DNA of 64,000 nucleotides from Albugo candida (Eukaryota): NCBI GenBank assembly GCA_040437565.1, contig JBDOQK010000061.1, positions 62,001 to 126,000 of the forward strand, read 5' to 3'. Shown piece by piece: positions 60,582 to 64,000 of this stretch (position 1 is its first letter; each line of letters starts with the position of its first letter). The notes under the pieces were generated by a model. It saw only the letters and a program-made list of their open reading frames with translations, ran no database searches and was not told where the DNA came from. The position numbers and the translations under genes were made by a program.

Positions 60582-62543
60582 ATGAAAATTTCAAAGTATC
60601 AGTATGTTTGCTCTCTGCTGCTCTTAAGGTTTCATATCGCTAAGGCACGTGAGACAGCGAGTGCGCGCTCAGCGGCCATCACAGCATATCAAGTCGATTC
60701 ACCTGAATTTGGGTCCTGTCGGCTGAAAGGAATCAATTCTGCAAGTTCAAATTTCAAATTTTACGCTTCAATCAGCGCTGAGGGCAGTACATTGAATCAA
60801 GTGTGTGGTCGTTGTATTAAGATCTCGTGCATCGATTCAACGGACAAATTATGTAAATCGAAAAGCTCTGTGATTGCATATGTGTTGGATTTGTGTCGAG
60901 GCTGTAAAGCGGGCACCATGCAAACTTCTGCTGCAGTTATCTCAAGTTTAGGTGTATCGGCATCGACAAGCGCACAGGAGACTGTGAGCTACAAATTTGT
61001 CGCTTGTCCATCGAATTTCCTATCCGGTGATATAAAAGCATGTTTAATGGAAGGAGCATCAAGTTCGTATATTCCTTTGCAAGTCCTCAATTCAAAACAA
61101 ATCATTAAGGAGGCCACAATATCGAAAAGGAAAGCCACTTTGAGCAAGGATTCATTCTTATTCTCTGTCACTCCGGAGCAACAGCAAAGCAGCTCAGATG
61201 ACTGGTTCAAGAATGTGGATGTATCGTTGCTCGGTGAGAATGGAGAAAATCTAACCACTCGATTTTCTTTTAGTTCAAAGTCAGGTTGTGCAACTTCGAA
61301 CGTGCAATTCTCCGAAGATACTTTCACAGCTGAGGGAAGTGATAATACTTCAGGCGAATCAGAAGGCGAATCTCATGTTGGAGCAATTGTTGGTGCTGTA
61401 ATTGGATCGATTGTTGCACTGCTTGTAATTGCAGCAGTGATCGTTTTATTGAGACGAAGAAGAGGCACACGTTCGACAAAAGGAGATCAAGAACTGGGTG
61501 AAAGTACTGCTCAACATGTAGCTTCTCGTGTGATACCGACTCGAGGAACGACCGGAAGTTTAGACGACTCGGCGATCAATTCACCGCATGGTGGGATCTA
61601 TAGTCATGCGAGTACGCCTGGGGTGAGAGGAAATGCCATTCCAATACTCTCGCAATCTGGAAGTAGTCATTCTCGATATTTTCCAAACTCGAGTCAAGGT
61701 CCTGCCAAGTCACAGGACACAAATCATGAAGTCAACAATAAAACCTCCGATACACGTGAGCAAGAAATTGACAGAGACATTGTTCAAACCGATGAAAACG
61801 GAGGACAAACCTCAGCCGAGTCGAGTCCTGTAAGCCAATCTCAATTTCGACAGTCACTTTTCGATGCAAATCGATCCTATGACTCTATGGCATATCGTTC
61901 CTCCCATTTGTATGGTAGTAATTTATCTTCCCCTCGGCAATCTCTGAATATCGCTCATGAGCCAACGCAGACAGATCACGATATTCCATCGGAGATGCGC
62001 GATACTTACACTGAAAGTCGCTCCAGTTTCGATATCGACTTTGCTCGGGAAGAAGGATCGACTGAAGAACCACAAGACGATGATATTCTGGATATACAAG
62101 CAGCCGAAATAATTGCACATAATCAACCTGGAGCAACTCCACGCACTTTCGAACTGGAAGAAGATACAAATGTCACAACTATATCACCGAGAGATCGATC
62201 AGAATCTCCTGAACCCGGCAGCTTGAGTCAAAGTGAGCAACCGGAACCGTACGACTACAAAAGTCCTTCATTCAACTTTATCGATCCCCGTAATGACATT
62301 GTGACATCATCACAGCACACAAACCTCGGCCATGAAAACCACATTCAAAGTCCACCTGCCGCTCCATTCGACATGGTCCACGATGAGTCTCGTCAAAGTA
62401 TCGAACGACCGAGCGATTTGTCCAGATCACAAACCAACGCATTGAACAGCAGTGGTGGCTACCGACGTGAATCACTGAATTTACTCGGATACCCTTACGC
62501 AAAACGCAACACTTCACGTAAACAACATCCATTCTCTGGTTAA
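60582..62543 (+). CDS. Type I membrane protein with an extracellular expansin-like (DPBB plus D2) region and a long disordered cytoplasmic tail
   Basis: Signal peptide. GSC..., CGRCIKISC, VLDLCRGC, YKFVACP and IKACLMEGAS...LQVLN match expansin-like proteins. TM AIVGAVIGSIVALLVIAAVIVLL followed by RRRR. Confidence 0.75.
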   Translation: MKISKYQYVCSLLLLRFHIAKARETASARSAAITAYQVDSPEFGSCRLKGINSASSNFKFYASISAEGSTLNQVCGRCIKISCIDSTDKLCKSKSSVIAYVLDLCRGCKAGTMQTSAAVISSLGVSASTSAQETVSYKFVACPSNFLSGDIKACLMEGASSSYIPLQVLNSKQIIKEATISKRKATLSKDSFLFSVTPEQQQSSSDDWFKNVDVSLLGENGENLTTRFSFSSKSGCATSNVQFSEDTFTAEGSDNTSGESEGESHVGAIVGAVIGSIVALLVIAAVIVLLRRRRGTRSTKGDQELGESTAQHVASRVIPTRGTTGSLDDSAINSPHGGIYSHASTPGVRGNAIPILSQSGSSHSRYFPNSSQGPAKSQDTNHEVNNKTSDTREQEIDRDIVQTDENGGQTSAESSPVSQSQFRQSLFDANRSYDSMAYRSSHLYGSNLSSPRQSLNIAHEPTQTDHDIPSEMRDTYTESRSSFDIDFAREEGSTEEPQDDDILDIQAAEIIAHNQPGATPRTFELEEDTNVTTISPRDRSESPEPGSLSQSEQPEPYDYKSPSFNFIDPRNDIVTSSQHTNLGHENHIQSPPAAPFDMVHDESRQSIERPSDLSRSQTNALNSSGGYRRESLNLLGYPYAKRNTSRKQHPFSG

Positions 62544-62804
62544 GTAATAGTGAGTTTTGTGTCTGACGAATAGCAAAATAGCTTGAGATGTGAGTGAGAA
62601 CTTTTTGATTCATATTATTTTGTTAATTAGTATGCTCAATCCATGTCGTCGTTTTGCTTGTTGTCAATCTGTGCACTGATTCTTTGAGTCTGAGCGGAGC
62701 CTTTTGCATGAGACAAAAGTGGCAGAGAGCTCTTCTTTTGAAATGTACGACATTTCTCATCAAAGTGATCCAATTGGTGGCGAGAAATTCGCGATATAAA
62801 GTGA

Positions 62805-64000
62805 ATGGATACTGTGACATACCTCGAGCCAAAGCTGATACCCGTGCAAAACTGCTTTGTAAATCTACCTCGATCCTTCCTTCCCACATACTTGTCCAGA
62901 ACAGAGAGTGTAAGCTGTATCATGTGACGGATGCATACCGCTTTGCAAAACGCTTGTAATTATCTCACAGAGTGGAACCAACGCTCTGATTGTGGAGATA
63001 TCTTGGGAAACGCTCGATGGATACGTTCAGACAGTGAATTGCGGATGGATTGGTGGTATCTCAGGATCCATTGAACATGTCGAAATTCCATGTGAATTTG
63101 CACATTGCATTGGTCTCACGCAAAGTCTGACGGAGATGTCCATTCCTCTTATTGGCGTTCGTCTCGCTGAGAACATCCCAGTGGCCAGACAGCTTGAGAT
63201 TGAGCCGAATTCTGCTGATGATTGGGAATTGATTCAGTTGCTAACGGATGAGATGGAAACTCAGATACTCCAACAAAATGCCGTCTTCAATGATCGTCAG
63301 ACTGTACCTATTTTCACATCTCGGAATCTCATCGTATTCATCAAGCCGATCTTGAACGAACACAAGTTGATTCTCCATCCGTTCTCTTAGCGACATGACT
63401 AACTGGTCTTATCTTCCGTAGCGAAAGTGTGCGAATAACAGCTGATACAGAACTGCATGTGATTCCGAAAATGAGAACGTCGGACGCTAACAGTGACATC
63501 CATTTTGAGACTTCACAACCTCTTTTGATTGAAGAATTCGGCGATGATGCTCTCGGTTCACTGGCGAATACTGGCACCATTTGTTATGTTCATCCCGATA
63601 CGTTTACACAGATTCATGGAGTCTTACCATCGAATCTTACACCTGAAACTGTTCTCAAGCTTCCCATTGTGGCTGTGTGGGATCCAACCAAAAGACGCAA
63701 GCAGTCAGGCTCAGAAGCACATGGGGTCAGCTCCAATCAATTAAGAGAAGCGTACGTCGACTTCCACCTCGTTCTGCTCATAAATCTGACACTTTTGCTT
63801 GCTAGTTTGGGTGTAGGCTTTTTGAAATGCACTACACATTTGTTACCGGGACGAATCCTCCTAAGCAACGTGCTTGCTACACACCTGTTCCAAGGATCTG
63901 TGCGGGATACTGTGCAGCTACGGCTATTGCGAATTCCACCACTCGTACCATCGTCAACGCGCGTCAACGTGACTATCGTTCCAAAAGATAGTTACCAAGA
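62805..64000 (+). CDS. PEX1: Peroxin-1 AAA ATPase, N-terminal part (3'-partial)
   Basis: VQNCFVNLP | LIVEISW...GWIGG...VEIPCEFAHCIGL...LEIEPNSADDWELIQL match the PEX1 N1 domain. The AAA domains lie beyond the window. Confidence 0.8.

Noticed and set aside
44415-64000. Peroxisome gene cluster (PEX13 and PEX1)
   Set aside because: The genes are 17 kb apart with unrelated genes and TEs between them. Chance is sufficient.

Overview
Eukaryotic genomic scaffold with short GT-AG introns, dense gene packing, degenerate Ty1/copia elements and many 100-N gaps. Gene content and style suggest an oomycete, possibly Albugo-like (inference). Recognisable genes: ELMO-domain protein, mitochondrial bL19, SRP72, EAPP, ATP6AP2-like, EXO1, TIM50, a CAMK-type kinase, DCAF4-like, CFAP36, CUL4, BAF60/SWIB, PEX13, UTP4, NC2beta-like, a secreted EEP hydrolase, a membrane expansin-like protein and PEX1. 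They alternate with TE-rich tracts at about 3-9, 14.5-24 and 46-55.5 kb. The standout is an intact six-exon gene (24229-26655) fusing a eukaryotic WW domain to the motor of a bacterial type I restriction enzyme R subunit (HsdR), with no nuclease domain and no HsdM/HsdS partner in the window. Also notable: a kinase with a fungal-type DUF1752 (RLEN..WR) motif plus B-box, zinc knuckle and PH domains; a Tc1-like element nested in a solo LTR nested in a dead ORF; a tRNA-derived SINE; and an inverted repeat pair (empty versus copia-filled) bracketing a 22 kb gene block. Exon boundaries were read by eye. Many gap-flanking duplications are probably assembly artefacts.
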